Positions 55,315 through 64,000 of a stretch of 64,000 nucleotides of DNA are shown in pieces. The stretch is taken from the IMG/VR virus record IMGVR_UViG_3300025372_000001; one strand, given 5' to 3'. Within the stretch, counting starts at the first letter, position 1. Each line of letters begins with the position of its first letter. Position numbers and translations under genes: made by a program. The notes below the pieces were generated by a model, which did not search any database, had not been told where the DNA came from, and saw nothing but the letters and a program-made list of their open reading frames with translations. The stretch is from a virus. Lineage: Duplodnaviria > Caudoviricetes.

Positions 55315-55342
55315 TTGATAAAATTGTTGGACTATCTATAAC

Positions 55343-55825
55343 TTATTTACCTATGATTTGATCAATGTTCTTTTCTGTGATGATAAGGAAATCAATCTTT
55401 CTTCCTTTTTTAGTTTGCTCTTGACACCACTTTTTTGCTGCTTCCCATTTACATTGATTATTAGAAAATTCAATAGCCGCATATGCAACCGTACTAGGTT
55501 TGGCACGACTACTGTACTCCTTTAACACGGTCTGGTTTGAAGGCTTTGTTTCCACTATATATTCCTTAATTTCTTCTCCTATTTTAATAGCAAAATAAAA
55601 ATCTACAAAGTAACGAGCCATGCGGTTTTCTGTCTTTTTGAAGTAAGGTAAAACTATACTTTCACTCGACCACTTCACGACATTTGGGTTTGAATCTAAA
55701 ATAACCATCAATTGACTTTCTAAGCCACTTCTAAAAACAGGAAGAGTTTTATTTAAACATTTGGATTTATTCTTAGGAGTAAAAATACCTTGTTTAAATT
55801 CTCTGAAAGTTCTCTTCTTTCCCAT
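55343..55825 (-). CDS. 4: Head completion nuclease (T4 gp4, TnsA-like)
   Basis: FRSGLE, VVKWSSE..LPY, RYFVDF, ETKP, KWEAAK.WC, IITE; TATAAATA 5 nt upstream. Confidence 0.9.
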   Translation of the reverse strand: MGKKRTFREFKQGIFTPKNKSKCLNKTLPVFRSGLESQLMVILDSNPNVVKWSSESIVLPYFKKTENRMARYFVDFYFAIKIGEEIKEYIVETKPSNQTVLKEYSSRAKPSTVAYAAIEFSNNQCKWEAAKKWCQEQTKKGRKIDFLIITEKNIDQIIGK

Positions 55826-55844
55826 GGTTATATTTATAAAAGAA

Positions 55845-55872
55845 AAAGTCGATATATTTCTATATCGACTTT
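55845..55872 (-). terminator. Intrinsic terminator after 55905..56246, directly followed by the gp4 late promoter
   Basis: 12-bp perfect stem AAAGTCGATATA-tttc-TATATCGACTTT with U-tract on the minus strand. Confidence 0.85.
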
Positions 55873-55904
55873 CGAGGGATAGAATATTAATTAATTAATT
55901 AACA

Positions 55905-56246
55905 TTATAGATGAACGGCAAGAGCATCATTAGCAACACTGAGAACGGTTTGAGCATTAGTTACTGGAACTGCCCCAACAGAAGCAACAGATACACCGGA
56001 ACTTACAGTTAAACCAAAGATAGGTGCATACTTTTCTGCAAGAGATTTGATTGTATTTAGAGAACCAATGGCAGTAGGTAGATATTTATCTAGTTCTTTT
56101 GCAACAGGAGTTCCTGCGATTTGTTGATCAACTACTTGAAGAACGACAATGAGTTTACCAATAACTTCATAGCTTGCTTGCACAGCCGCTTTGATTTTAG
56201 AGATATTCGATAATACAGAGAAGGCACTTAATAGGGAGGAAAACAT
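55905..56246 (-). CDS. Small hydrophobic, Ala/Val/Ser-rich protein (membrane or virion)
   Basis: 113 aa, amphipathic; TAAATA at 56270-56275. Confidence 0.7.
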   Translation of the reverse strand: MFSSLLSAFSVLSNISKIKAAVQASYEVIGKLIVVLQVVDQQIAGTPVAKELDKYLPTAIGSLNTIKSLAEKYAPIFGLTVSSGVSVASVGAVPVTNAQTVLSVANDALAVHL

Positions 56247-56320
56247 AATTTTAATTTCTTTCTAATAGATATTTACCAGTTTCGTCTTGACAATCGAAAA
56301 GAATGGGTTAATATACTCTT

Positions 56321-56857
56321 ATGAAAACAATTATTACATCTATTTTATTTCTATTAACCCTAAATCTCTTTGCGGATGATTTGACTGATTTACAAAATCA
56401 GTATAACCGAGCAATTGCAAAAGTATCTGAGCCTATTAATAAAGTATATGTGAAAGAATTACAAGCATTATTAGAAAAGGTTTCCAAAGAGGGCAATCTG
56501 GATAAAGTTGCAGCGGTTACTACGGAATTGAAAAAGTTCTCAGAAGGAGAGAGTAGAGGGATTTTACTAGTAACCGAAAAAGGCAAAATTGAACGATTCT
56601 TTGTGGATAAGAAATGGCGAACCCCTTTTGGTACTACTTTTTGGTTTCAGAAAAACGGTCAAGGAATGAAAACTACTGGAACGGATACTTCTCCTTTTAC
56701 TTGGAGAATCATTGAAAATGGTATTGTTGAATATAATGGTCGAGTAGTTTCTTCCGAACCCATTAAAACTGAATATATTAAATTTCTTTCAAAGAAAGAA
56801 GCATACATAGGTAAATCTTCAGATAAAATTGATATTCCCCTTAGTCCCGGAAATTAG
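56321..56857 (+). CDS. Secreted protein with signal peptide and Verrucomicrobia/PVC-type helical domain
   Basis: MKTIITSILFLLTLNLFA/DD signal; YVKELQALLEKVSKEGNLDKVAAVTTEL; TTGACA at 56287-56292. Confidence 0.7.
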   Translation: MKTIITSILFLLTLNLFADDLTDLQNQYNRAIAKVSEPINKVYVKELQALLEKVSKEGNLDKVAAVTTELKKFSEGESRGILLVTEKGKIERFFVDKKWRTPFGTTFWFQKNGQGMKTTGTDTSPFTWRIIENGIVEYNGRVVSSEPIKTEYIKFLSKKEAYIGKSSDKIDIPLSPGN

Positions 56858-57773
56858 ACGCATATGAGAAATCATCATTCATAGGAAACAAATCACAAGA
56901 TTCACTAAAATGTTTGATCATTTTAGTGAATTTTTCTTTAGAAACATCTTTTTTATAACAGTAACGATGTATCAAGAAATCTGGTAATTTATGTGCATCA
57001 GGAAGATTATTAATTGTTGAAGGAAAGGTATGATTGGAATAGTTTACGCCAAAAGTATTATAGAATGTTCCTAAACCATATTGAACATATGGAACATCTC
57101 GAAGGATACAATCAATGACAAAAGATGAATTATATGCAATTACAAATTCACAATTATCAATTACTGACATATTAGTTATCCCGTAAGGACAATTGTATTT
57201 GTTTGCTATTTCTGAAATTAGCTGATATGATTCTCCTCGATTCCAAGGATGCAATTTCAAAAATAAATTTTTCCCATAGAATTTACAGCAGTCTTCTATA
57301 AATTCATAATATTTTTTTGTACTAGTTACACTTTGAATAGCTCTGTCAGTTGGATGTTGAACAGCCAAAATTATTTTATCCCATACCAAATTCCTTTTAC
57401 CGTTTTCATGGTATTCTGTATCAAATTTTGATTGCAAATTTTTAGGTAAGCCGAATACAATGTCCTTGGCGCTTTTTCTATTTCCTAAATCAAAATTTGA
57501 AATAGTATCATATGCAGATTTGGTATTCAACGAAGAAGTGTGATAATTTCCGATAGTATCAATATATGCTGCTTCATTGAAAAATCCGGTTTCCATTATA
57601 CCATATTTCCTACCATGATTAGGAATAAATTCTTTATTGCCCCAATAAATAACATAATTGAATTCTTTATAAGGAACATTTTGGGTAGTTACTCCATATG
57701 AAATAACTTCTGCTTCAGTTTTAAAAGGCATTAAATTATAATTTAATGCATAATCAGGTATGAGAATATCCAT
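56841..57773 (-). CDS. Capsule-synthesis-type (KpsS/KpsC, GT107-like) glycosyltransferase
   Basis: IMETGFF, LAVQHPTD, LKLHPW, AYNSSFVIDCILRDVP.V.YG. Confidence 0.65.
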   Translation of the reverse strand: MDILIPDYALNYNLMPFKTEAEVISYGVTTQNVPYKEFNYVIYWGNKEFIPNHGRKYGIMETGFFNEAAYIDTIGNYHTSSLNTKSAYDTISNFDLGNRKSAKDIVFGLPKNLQSKFDTEYHENGKRNLVWDKIILAVQHPTDRAIQSVTSTKKYYEFIEDCCKFYGKNLFLKLHPWNRGESYQLISEIANKYNCPYGITNMSVIDNCEFVIAYNSSFVIDCILRDVPYVQYGLGTFYNTFGVNYSNHTFPSTINNLPDAHKLPDFLIHRYCYKKDVSKEKFTKMIKHFSESCDLFPMNDDFSYASNFRD

Positions 57774-58621
57774 TATACGTTATATAATTTCTTAGCATTT
57801 TCAAAAAGTTTATCCATTGTTGCCTTTGGTACTTCTTTAAATTCTTCAAAAATCTTTGGAAAGATTTGATGATTCGGATTCTTGGTTATTTCCATCCATC
57901 CCACGAAATAATTCCAAACTCTATCTTCTAATATATTAGTATAAGGTACTCCCAATGGTCGATCAAATCTGTGATTCCATTTGACATCAGGCAAGCACAT
58001 ACACCTATTTCCCGCATCTCTAAACTTTTGATGAATATACCCTTCTTCTCCCCCAAATCCTTTAAAATGGGGATTAAACCCTAACCATGCATCTTTCTTA
58101 CAAGAGAACATACCAAGTCCCATCATAGGTATTTCAAAAGGAACATTCATATCCAATGCAAAGGAATTAGTTGCCCAAACACCAAACATATGACTTCTCC
58201 AAATAGGATCAAAATGAGTAGAAATATTCTTTAAATCATCATAAATTAATGGTCCTTGAATCAAATCTTTTGTATTTGGATTTTTTTGATAATAACTTAA
58301 AAGGTTTTGAATTGCATAAGGTTCAAATAACACATGAGAATCTATACATAAAACAAATTCCCCTTGAGCATGTTTAAAGATTTGTTCTCTGGAAGAAGTA
58401 CTTTGTTTATCAATATAAGGAATATATTTCGTTCCACTGGATAAACAAAAACGTCGCAAGGCATCCGAATGTTTACCGTTTGGATTATTGTCAATGACAA
58501 TGATTTCTACTAAATGTTCTAATCCTTTTAATTGATAAAGGCGAAGGGATTGAATGGTGAAGAAAACACCATCATAATCATCATATGTTGCCATACCAAT
58601 AGTTAACCATTTTTGATTCAT
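57773..58621 (-). CDS. GT2 glycosyltransferase
   Basis: LTIGMATYDD, IIVIDNNP, VLCIDSHV, GFGGEEGY, W.HRF; TAAATA 11 nt upstream. Confidence 0.85.
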   Translation of the reverse strand: MNQKWLTIGMATYDDYDGVFFTIQSLRLYQLKGLEHLVEIIVIDNNPNGKHSDALRRFCLSSGTKYIPYIDKQSTSSREQIFKHAQGEFVLCIDSHVLFEPYAIQNLLSYYQKNPNTKDLIQGPLIYDDLKNISTHFDPIWRSHMFGVWATNSFALDMNVPFEIPMMGLGMFSCKKDAWLGFNPHFKGFGGEEGYIHQKFRDAGNRCMCLPDVKWNHRFDRPLGVPYTNILEDRVWNYFVGWMEITKNPNHQIFPKIFEEFKEVPKATMDKLFENAKKLYNV

Positions 58622-58623
58622 AA

Positions 58624-58648
58624 TTTGACAATTATTTAATATGTCAAA
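58624..58648 (-). promoter_or_regulatory. 7-bp hairpin with late promoter TAAATA (58633-58638) in the loop, 2 nt before the start codon
   Basis: TTTGACA (58624-58630) / TGTCAAA (58642-58648). Confidence 0.5.
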
Positions 58649-58666
58649 GGCTGACTAGCTATTGAA

Positions 58667-60730
58667 TTAAGGCGAATAACCACAACTTATATCATTAGCA
58701 TTAATGAGTTCGTCATAGGTGTTACAAAATCCATCTGCATAATTCCCATGTAAATCAAACCCGACACAAAAAGTAGACATCAATGTTCCGGCTGGAGGAC
58801 AAGTAGTAGTGGTTGTGGTAGTTGTCGTAGTTGTGGTGGTTGTTGTAGTAGTAGGAGCAATTGTTGTCGTAGTTGTCGTAGTTGTGGTGGTTGTTGTAGT
58901 AGTAGGAGCAATTGTTGTCGTAGTAGGTGGAGGAGTTGTTGAGGTTGTGGAACAAGATGCTCCCACGGAATAACAACCGGCTTCTACGTGTAAATTAGTA
59001 CTACCTGCAACACAATTTGAACTATGAACAGAAAAAGGAGTTCCTGTTGAAGGTCCAATGGTTATAGGGAATAATGGATTACTATAAGGACTATACACCA
59101 TACTAATATTACCGTATCCATCAAAAGAGAAAGTATAAGTGGCAGTAGAACCTACGGCGAAATCACCTACAGGACATGGAGTTGGAGTGGTAGAAGAGGT
59201 TGTAGTTGTAGTTGGTGGAACATAATAATAACAAGTTTTTGTTCCAAATCCACCTGCACAAGATACAACAATATCAGCATAATTTGATCCCCAACTACCA
59301 TCTGGAGCAGGCAAATAACCATAAGTCGAACAACATTCAGGAGGAACAGTAGTGGTAGTCGGCATAGGACAACTTCCCGTAACACTGATAAGTCCTCCAA
59401 CTATTTCATATTTTGTTCTTCCTGGATAATTAGTACCGTAAACAATTACACCATCCACCACACCAGAAGGAACGCTATCAGGATTAGTTGGATCATAATT
59501 GGCACAATCACTCGGTTCAAAGAAATAAACACCCGATTTGACATAATAGGTGACAGTACTTGCCCCTTCTGTGCAATCTAAATAATATGTTTCGGTAAAA
59601 CATGCAGGACATACTGATAAAGACACTACTACTCCTGATGCAAAAACATATTTATTACCATCTTTGCTATATGTTCCTGTCACTAATTTATCAGGGGCAG
59701 GAGGAGTATTGGTGTACCAATAAGGCCCACATTGATAAAGCGTAGAAGTTCCTCCTGTTTCCCCACAGTTATTGAAGAACGTAGTTCCAATACAAGGAGG
59801 AGGAGTCGTGGTAGTACACATAGTTCCATCCCCTTGAATAACTCCGCCAACGAATTGATACCTATATCCTCCTCTATAACCATAACCATCATATTTGCTC
59901 ATTCCTTCATAGAAATAACCACAACAATAAGATAAGGTAAATCCTTCATCACTCTCAGGAGGAAAACATTCTGAATAGAAAAGATAGTTAGTGCATGGAC
60001 AAGGAGTTGTTGTAGGAGCAGGAGTAGTTGTTACAGGAATTAATGGATCAGTCCATTGATTATAAGGAGGAGTATGCCCCGCTGCACTAATACAAGAAAG
60101 ACTCGTATGCGTAATACTTCCGTCTGTAAATGTATAAACTCTTGAATAATTGATCCAATTACCATTTACTAAATCTCCTAAGAAATTATTATAACGATAT
60201 AAATGATCTTCTAAACTATAATTGAATAAATTATCGGGACGAATACCACATGCAGTTGCAAAATATTGTTGAGTTCCCAGCCATATTTTATTTTCACTAT
60301 AAGCAGTATTACATAAACCGGTGACTCCGACACCATAAGTTGAACCGTTATCTTCTAATACTACTGGAGGAATGACAAAATTATCAGCAGTTGCTCCATA
60401 TATATTAGTTCCATTATGGTTCCATTGATAAACCAATCCGGCAGTATTTCCTCTAGTAGTTATAGATAATCTAGCTCTATCCCCTAATGCTAAATATTGT
60501 TCTTGTACCCCGTCCCAAATAACGAACGTTGCAGAACATGGCGGACAATCTTGTATAGTTGCTAATCCTAATAAATGATATTGATTATTCAATAATATTG
60601 CAGAAGAAGGATATACTAATGTATTATCCACGGGCTGAATAGTGAATTTCTTATGTGTTCCTTCTAGATCAACAATGACGAATTTGTTGATATAATCTTG
60701 TAAATCGACATTAGCACTTATACGATTCAT
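58667..60730 (-). CDS. Cys-rich, mucin-like (poly-Thr/Pro) putative virion fibre/decoration protein with an Ig-like segment
   Basis: YQWNHNGTNIYGAT...YGVGVT Ig-like strand pattern; Cys-rich modules separated by PTTTT linkers; long poly-Thr tract. Confidence 0.8.
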   Translation of the reverse strand: MNRISANVDLQDYINKFVIVDLEGTHKKFTIQPVDNTLVYPSSAILLNNQYHLLGLATIQDCPPCSATFVIWDGVQEQYLALGDRARLSITTRGNTAGLVYQWNHNGTNIYGATADNFVIPPVVLEDNGSTYGVGVTGLCNTAYSENKIWLGTQQYFATACGIRPDNLFNYSLEDHLYRYNNFLGDLVNGNWINYSRVYTFTDGSITHTSLSCISAAGHTPPYNQWTDPLIPVTTTPAPTTTPCPCTNYLFYSECFPPESDEGFTLSYCCGYFYEGMSKYDGYGYRGGYRYQFVGGVIQGDGTMCTTTTPPPCIGTTFFNNCGETGGTSTLYQCGPYWYTNTPPAPDKLVTGTYSKDGNKYVFASGVVVSLSVCPACFTETYYLDCTEGASTVTYYVKSGVYFFEPSDCANYDPTNPDSVPSGVVDGVIVYGTNYPGRTKYEIVGGLISVTGSCPMPTTTTVPPECCSTYGYLPAPDGSWGSNYADIVVSCAGGFGTKTCYYYVPPTTTTTSSTTPTPCPVGDFAVGSTATYTFSFDGYGNISMVYSPYSNPLFPITIGPSTGTPFSVHSSNCVAGSTNLHVEAGCYSVGASCSTTSTTPPPTTTTIAPTTTTTTTTTTTTTTIAPTTTTTTTTTTTTTTTTTCPPAGTLMSTFCVGFDLHGNYADGFCNTYDELINANDISCGYSP
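58818..58919 (-). repeat. Exact 51-bp tandem duplication (17 aa, TTIAP + 12 Thr)
   Basis: Copies at 58818-58868 and 58869-58919. Confidence 0.92.
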
Positions 60731-61764
60731 GGTATTAGAGTTTCTCCATAAGATGCATTAGGCAATTCACACTCAATAAGTTCAAATGTCGCTGCATATT
60801 TGCAATTTCTATCATTATAAATTTTATCTAAATCAACATAATCAAAACAAGAATTACAGTTAATAACTTGTGGAACAGAAGATAAAATATTAGGAATATA
60901 TTGCCACGTTCCTTTGTCATTCACAAAAGTAAAATGCCCAACAAAATTAGTATAAATGAATTTATTATCAAACATTATTAATACATCCGCAGGAATATCT
61001 GTTGCAACAGATAGCAAGCCTTTTTGCTTAGGAACGAACAAGGTATAATGTTGATCTAATAAACTATAAATTAATTGAATATCAGAAATACTAAAATTAG
61101 TTAATAAACTAGTACTAGAGAAAACATTATTAGAGAATACTATATCATTGAAGATCAAAAGTAATTGATCAGGAGTAGTGACTAATAGATCAGGACGTTT
61201 ATTTCTAACTAGAATAGCATTAACGGCATTGACGACTGTTGCCATTTGATTAGTAACACATAGATAATCTGTAATATCTTTCACCGAATGTCCGTAACTA
61301 TTAGCAATAGCAGTTAAGGAAGTGTAAGATAATTCTCCAATCGGATAGTTATCCATAATAACTGGATCATAAGATTTAATTAAAAATTCTAAACGAATAT
61401 GTTGATTATCAAGAAAGTTGGAAGCAGGAAAGGTGTTATTTAACCATAATAATGCATCCACATAATTTCCTACTGTTGCAAATCCTGGTCCATAAACAAT
61501 ATTAATCGGTTCTTTCCAAAATTCTTGAGAATTAAATACAATATTAGAAGTATCAGTATATCTTTGTTTATTTCTATCTAGGAAATTCTTTTGATCAATT
61601 AAATCATTTTTGATACTGTTAATAGTGTCAGAGAAACTTTGCCATTTATTAATGGTTTGTTGCAGAACACAAATACGATTATTCATTAGATGGAAATTAC
61701 GATTAATATCCTCTAATGTATTGCCAATTGGCGTGTATTCTGTTAATTCAGTAATCGTTGACAT
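60727..61764 (-). CDS. Putative virion structural protein, paralogue of 61768..62472
   Basis: IGNTLEDINRNF...FWKEPINIVY...WLNNTFP. Confidence 0.7.
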   Translation of the reverse strand: MSTITELTEYTPIGNTLEDINRNFHLMNNRICVLQQTINKWQSFSDTINSIKNDLIDQKNFLDRNKQRYTDTSNIVFNSQEFWKEPINIVYGPGFATVGNYVDALLWLNNTFPASNFLDNQHIRLEFLIKSYDPVIMDNYPIGELSYTSLTAIANSYGHSVKDITDYLCVTNQMATVVNAVNAILVRNKRPDLLVTTPDQLLLIFNDIVFSNNVFSSTSLLTNFSISDIQLIYSLLDQHYTLFVPKQKGLLSVATDIPADVLIMFDNKFIYTNFVGHFTFVNDKGTWQYIPNILSSVPQVINCNSCFDYVDLDKIYNDRNCKYAATFELIECELPNASYGETLIP

Positions 61765-61767
61765 TTA

Positions 61768-62472
61768 TTAATTAAAAAGAAGCGTATCTTGTTGCCAGAC
61801 CAAATTGATTGGATCAATGATATATTTATAACCTACTAATCTATCAATATATTTGTCAGGAACATCAATGGAAGCAGTGATACTTCCACAATCAACATTA
61901 CCATAGTTGACATAAGAATAAGTTCCTCGTTTGATACAAGAACAGAAACAATTAACCCCAACAGTCTTAATACCTTGATTTACTGTTTTGGTTAAATAAC
62001 GGTTGATTTCTTGATATTCTGGCGTAAAAATGTATAATTCTTGTCCTACAATAAAATTGAAACATAATCCATTTCTAATAGGGAAATTCTCATTTAACCA
62101 TGCAGTTACATTAGCCGTAATTTGATCAGTGTTGTTTGCATCAAATGGAAAAGGATAAATGATAGTGATCGGTTTTAACCAAAATGCCGAAGATTGTGAA
62201 ACAGTCGTAAATGTTTCTTGCCAACAAGAACTAAGGGTTGCAACGGTTTGTTGAGATTGAACCCAATTTGCACTAAGATTAGCAAAGGTATTAAAGGCAG
62301 AATTCCATAGATTTGTTGCACTGTATTCCAAATTACAAGTTTGAATATCTAAATTACGGAAATTATAAGTGATAGATGAAAGAGAATTACCGATACTTTC
62401 TCCATATGCAATAGGAATAACGTGTTGGCAAGTATCATCTACTTTACAAAGTTGATTATTTAAATAGTTCAT
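61768..62472 (-). CDS. Putative virion structural protein
   Basis: IGNSLSSITYNF...FWLKPITIIY...WLNENFP; TAAATA (62482-62487) 9 nt upstream. Confidence 0.7.
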   Translation of the reverse strand: MNYLNNQLCKVDDTCQHVIPIAYGESIGNSLSSITYNFRNLDIQTCNLEYSATNLWNSAFNTFANLSANWVQSQQTVATLSSCWQETFTTVSQSSAFWLKPITIIYPFPFDANNTDQITANVTAWLNENFPIRNGLCFNFIVGQELYIFTPEYQEINRYLTKTVNQGIKTVGVNCFCSCIKRGTYSYVNYGNVDCGSITASIDVPDKYIDRLVGYKYIIDPINLVWQQDTLLFN

Positions 62473-62480
62473 TGTTTAAA

Positions 62481-64000
62481 TTATTTACAGAGGTCGATGC
62501 AGTTATCAAAGATTTCATAAGGTTGTTGGCAGCAATTATTTTCCAAATCTTTCCACGATTTAGTGAATCGTGTTCCTGGTAAGGTGTCATCCCAAGTAAC
62601 AGGATGGATACATTGGCAACACATTTGTTCCCAAACCCAACAAATAGGAAATTGATTATCTATTCCTGGTTGAACGAAAGAAATATTTCCCCATGTAATT
62701 CCACTAACATCAGGATTAATCACAGATTGCACATCAGTTAATTCTTTCCATGTATAAGGATTCTTGTATTTGCTAGTAAATTGTGGTCCGCTGATTCTAT
62801 GATAATCCCACGTCCAAATAATATTAGAAGCCGTAACACAAACAAATCTAACATCCAACATCCCCCGCAATGCTTCCAAATTATCCCTAATGATACCAAA
62901 ATTTCTATTAATGGTTTCCCAGTTAACCACCTCATTAACCCCTAATAATTGTAAACCAGATAATGTAGGTATCTCATTACTGTTAATAGGAAGAATAGAT
63001 TGACTAATAAAGTTACCTAATGCATCTGTATTATACACGAACTTATAATTAATATCATTCTTGAAATTACAAATATTATTATAAATCTTTTGAAAGCTAT
63101 TATTGAAGGTTACATCGGAAACCATTTCATCTGCAACAATCTCACAAGCAGAAACATTCCAAGAACTTAAAGTGTAATTAGGTGTTAATACCGAACTAGT
63201 AGTCAAGTAATCAATTGCTTTAATAATGATTCCGTCACAAACAATATATAACTCTTGATTCTTAACTTTAATAGAATTAATGGTTGTAACATTGGTTAAG
63301 GATTGACTACCTAAATATGATCCATTTAGATAATAGAAATACAAAGTATTGCCGTCAAATGTGATGATTCGATAGGAATGATTATCAGGAATAATAAATC
63401 CGGTTCCTTGAATATTGTTTAGAATGTTAAGGAGATTATGGTTACTATCCAGAATAATGATGGTTTGATTATCAGTTAGAATATAAATGTTATCTTGAAA
63501 GAAGTCAATAGCAACAGGCAAGTCGGAGACGGAATAATCAGTAAGAGTGATTGATTGGGTCCAATTGAGATATTTGTTATAAACCTTGATATTTCCGCTG
63601 TCTTTATCAACAACGTATAGATTGCCCGTAGAATCCATTTTAAAGTCCGTAGGATTGTTTAAACGGGTGCGACTGTCTCGTTTACCTACTCCTCCCCAAT
63701 AATGCGTTAAAACCACCGTACTATTCAAAGAATCAATATTGAAAACAAATACCTGTTTAAGAGTATTATCTAATAAAAATAATCTATCATCTTTAACCAG
63801 CATTCTTGTTGGATTGGTGAATAATTCTGCATTAGGAATACGATCAACTTCAAAGATTTCAGAAAGATGAATATCATCATTTTGGAAGGTTACTTTGTTA
63901 TCAGCAAGAAGCACATAATTATCCCCAAAGAAAGCCAAGTCTTTGATATTTTTTAAAGTGTAATTTTGGTATTCGGTTTGATAAGAATTGTCGAATCTCC
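62481..64000 (-). CDS. NHL-repeat beta-propeller virion protein with Trp/Cys-rich C-terminus; 5' end lies beyond the window
   Basis: LNNPTDFKMDSTGNLYVVDKDSGNIKVY NHL repeat; frame stays open from the track's TTG (63938) to the window end (RFDNSYQTEYQNYTLKNIKDL). Confidence 0.75.
   Translation of the reverse strand, partial: RFDNSYQTEYQNYTLKNIKDLAFFGDNYVLLADNKVTFQNDDIHLSEIFEVDRIPNAELFTNPTRMLVKDDRLFLLDNTLKQVFVFNIDSLNSTVVLTHYWGGVGKRDSRTRLNNPTDFKMDSTGNLYVVDKDSGNIKVYNKYLNWTQSITLTDYSVSDLPVAIDFFQDNIYILTDNQTIIILDSNHNLLNILNNIQGTGFIIPDNHSYRIITFDGNTLYFYYLNGSYLGSQSLTNVTTINSIKVKNQELYIVCDGIIIKAIDYLTTSSVLTPNYTLSSWNVSACEIVADEMVSDVTFNNSFQKIYNNICNFKNDINYKFVYNTDALGNFISQSILPINSNEIPTLSGLQLLGVNEVVNWETINRNFGIIRDNLEALRGMLDVRFVCVTASNIIWTWDYHRISGPQFTSKYKNPYTWKELTDVQSVINPDVSGITWGNISFVQPGIDNQFPICWVWEQMCCQCIHPVTWDDTLPGTRFTKSWKDLENNCCQQPYEIFDNCIDLCK

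Noticed and set aside
58755-59935. Alternative-frame ORFs in the track (58755..58976, 59167..59400, 59683..59892, 59732..59935)
   Set aside because: They are shadows of the Thr/Cys-rich gene's repetitive codons, for example the YYYNNHHN repeats.
63936-63938. TTG start for the last gene as given in the track
   Set aside because: The frame remains open to the window edge, so the true start is probably outside the window.

Overview
AT-rich, gene-dense 64-kb segment of a large T4-related (jumbo-type) dsDNA bacteriophage. Core genes are gp46/gp47 (SbcCD/Rad50-Mre11), gp55 late sigma, UvsW, UvsY, Dda, gp4 head-completion nuclease, PhoH and RNase H. The standard genetic code fits, and no tRNA, rRNA or CRISPR array was seen. 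Highlights: (1) a glycosyltransferase gene is fractured into two ORFs that carry the two halves of a naturally split intein, with a GIY-YIG endonuclease between them; the C-half ORF is missing from the supplied ORF track. (2) A ~14-kb glycosylation island lies between gp47 and gp46; the window holds about 13 glycosyltransferase-like genes, enzymes for three 6-deoxy-sugar pathways, and a Cys/Thr-rich mucin-like putative virion fibre, resembling giant-virus glycosylation. (3) A late-promoter-driven 2H phosphodiesterase (Acb1-like) has a T4-type capsid-targeting N-terminus and sits in a nucleotide-healing/anti-defence cluster. (4) Promoters lie 5-11 nt from start codons, implying near-leaderless mRNAs, and several sit inside hairpins that would occlude the start codon. 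(5) Two tandem ~90-bp promoter-hairpin-terminator modules look like small RNA genes. (6) A divergent intergenic region beside RNase H has a 23-bp perfect inverted repeat and a pseudoknot-capable transcript, a candidate origin or ncRNA. One secreted protein hints at a Verrucomicrobia/PVC host. Functional calls come from motif recognition only; no searches were run.
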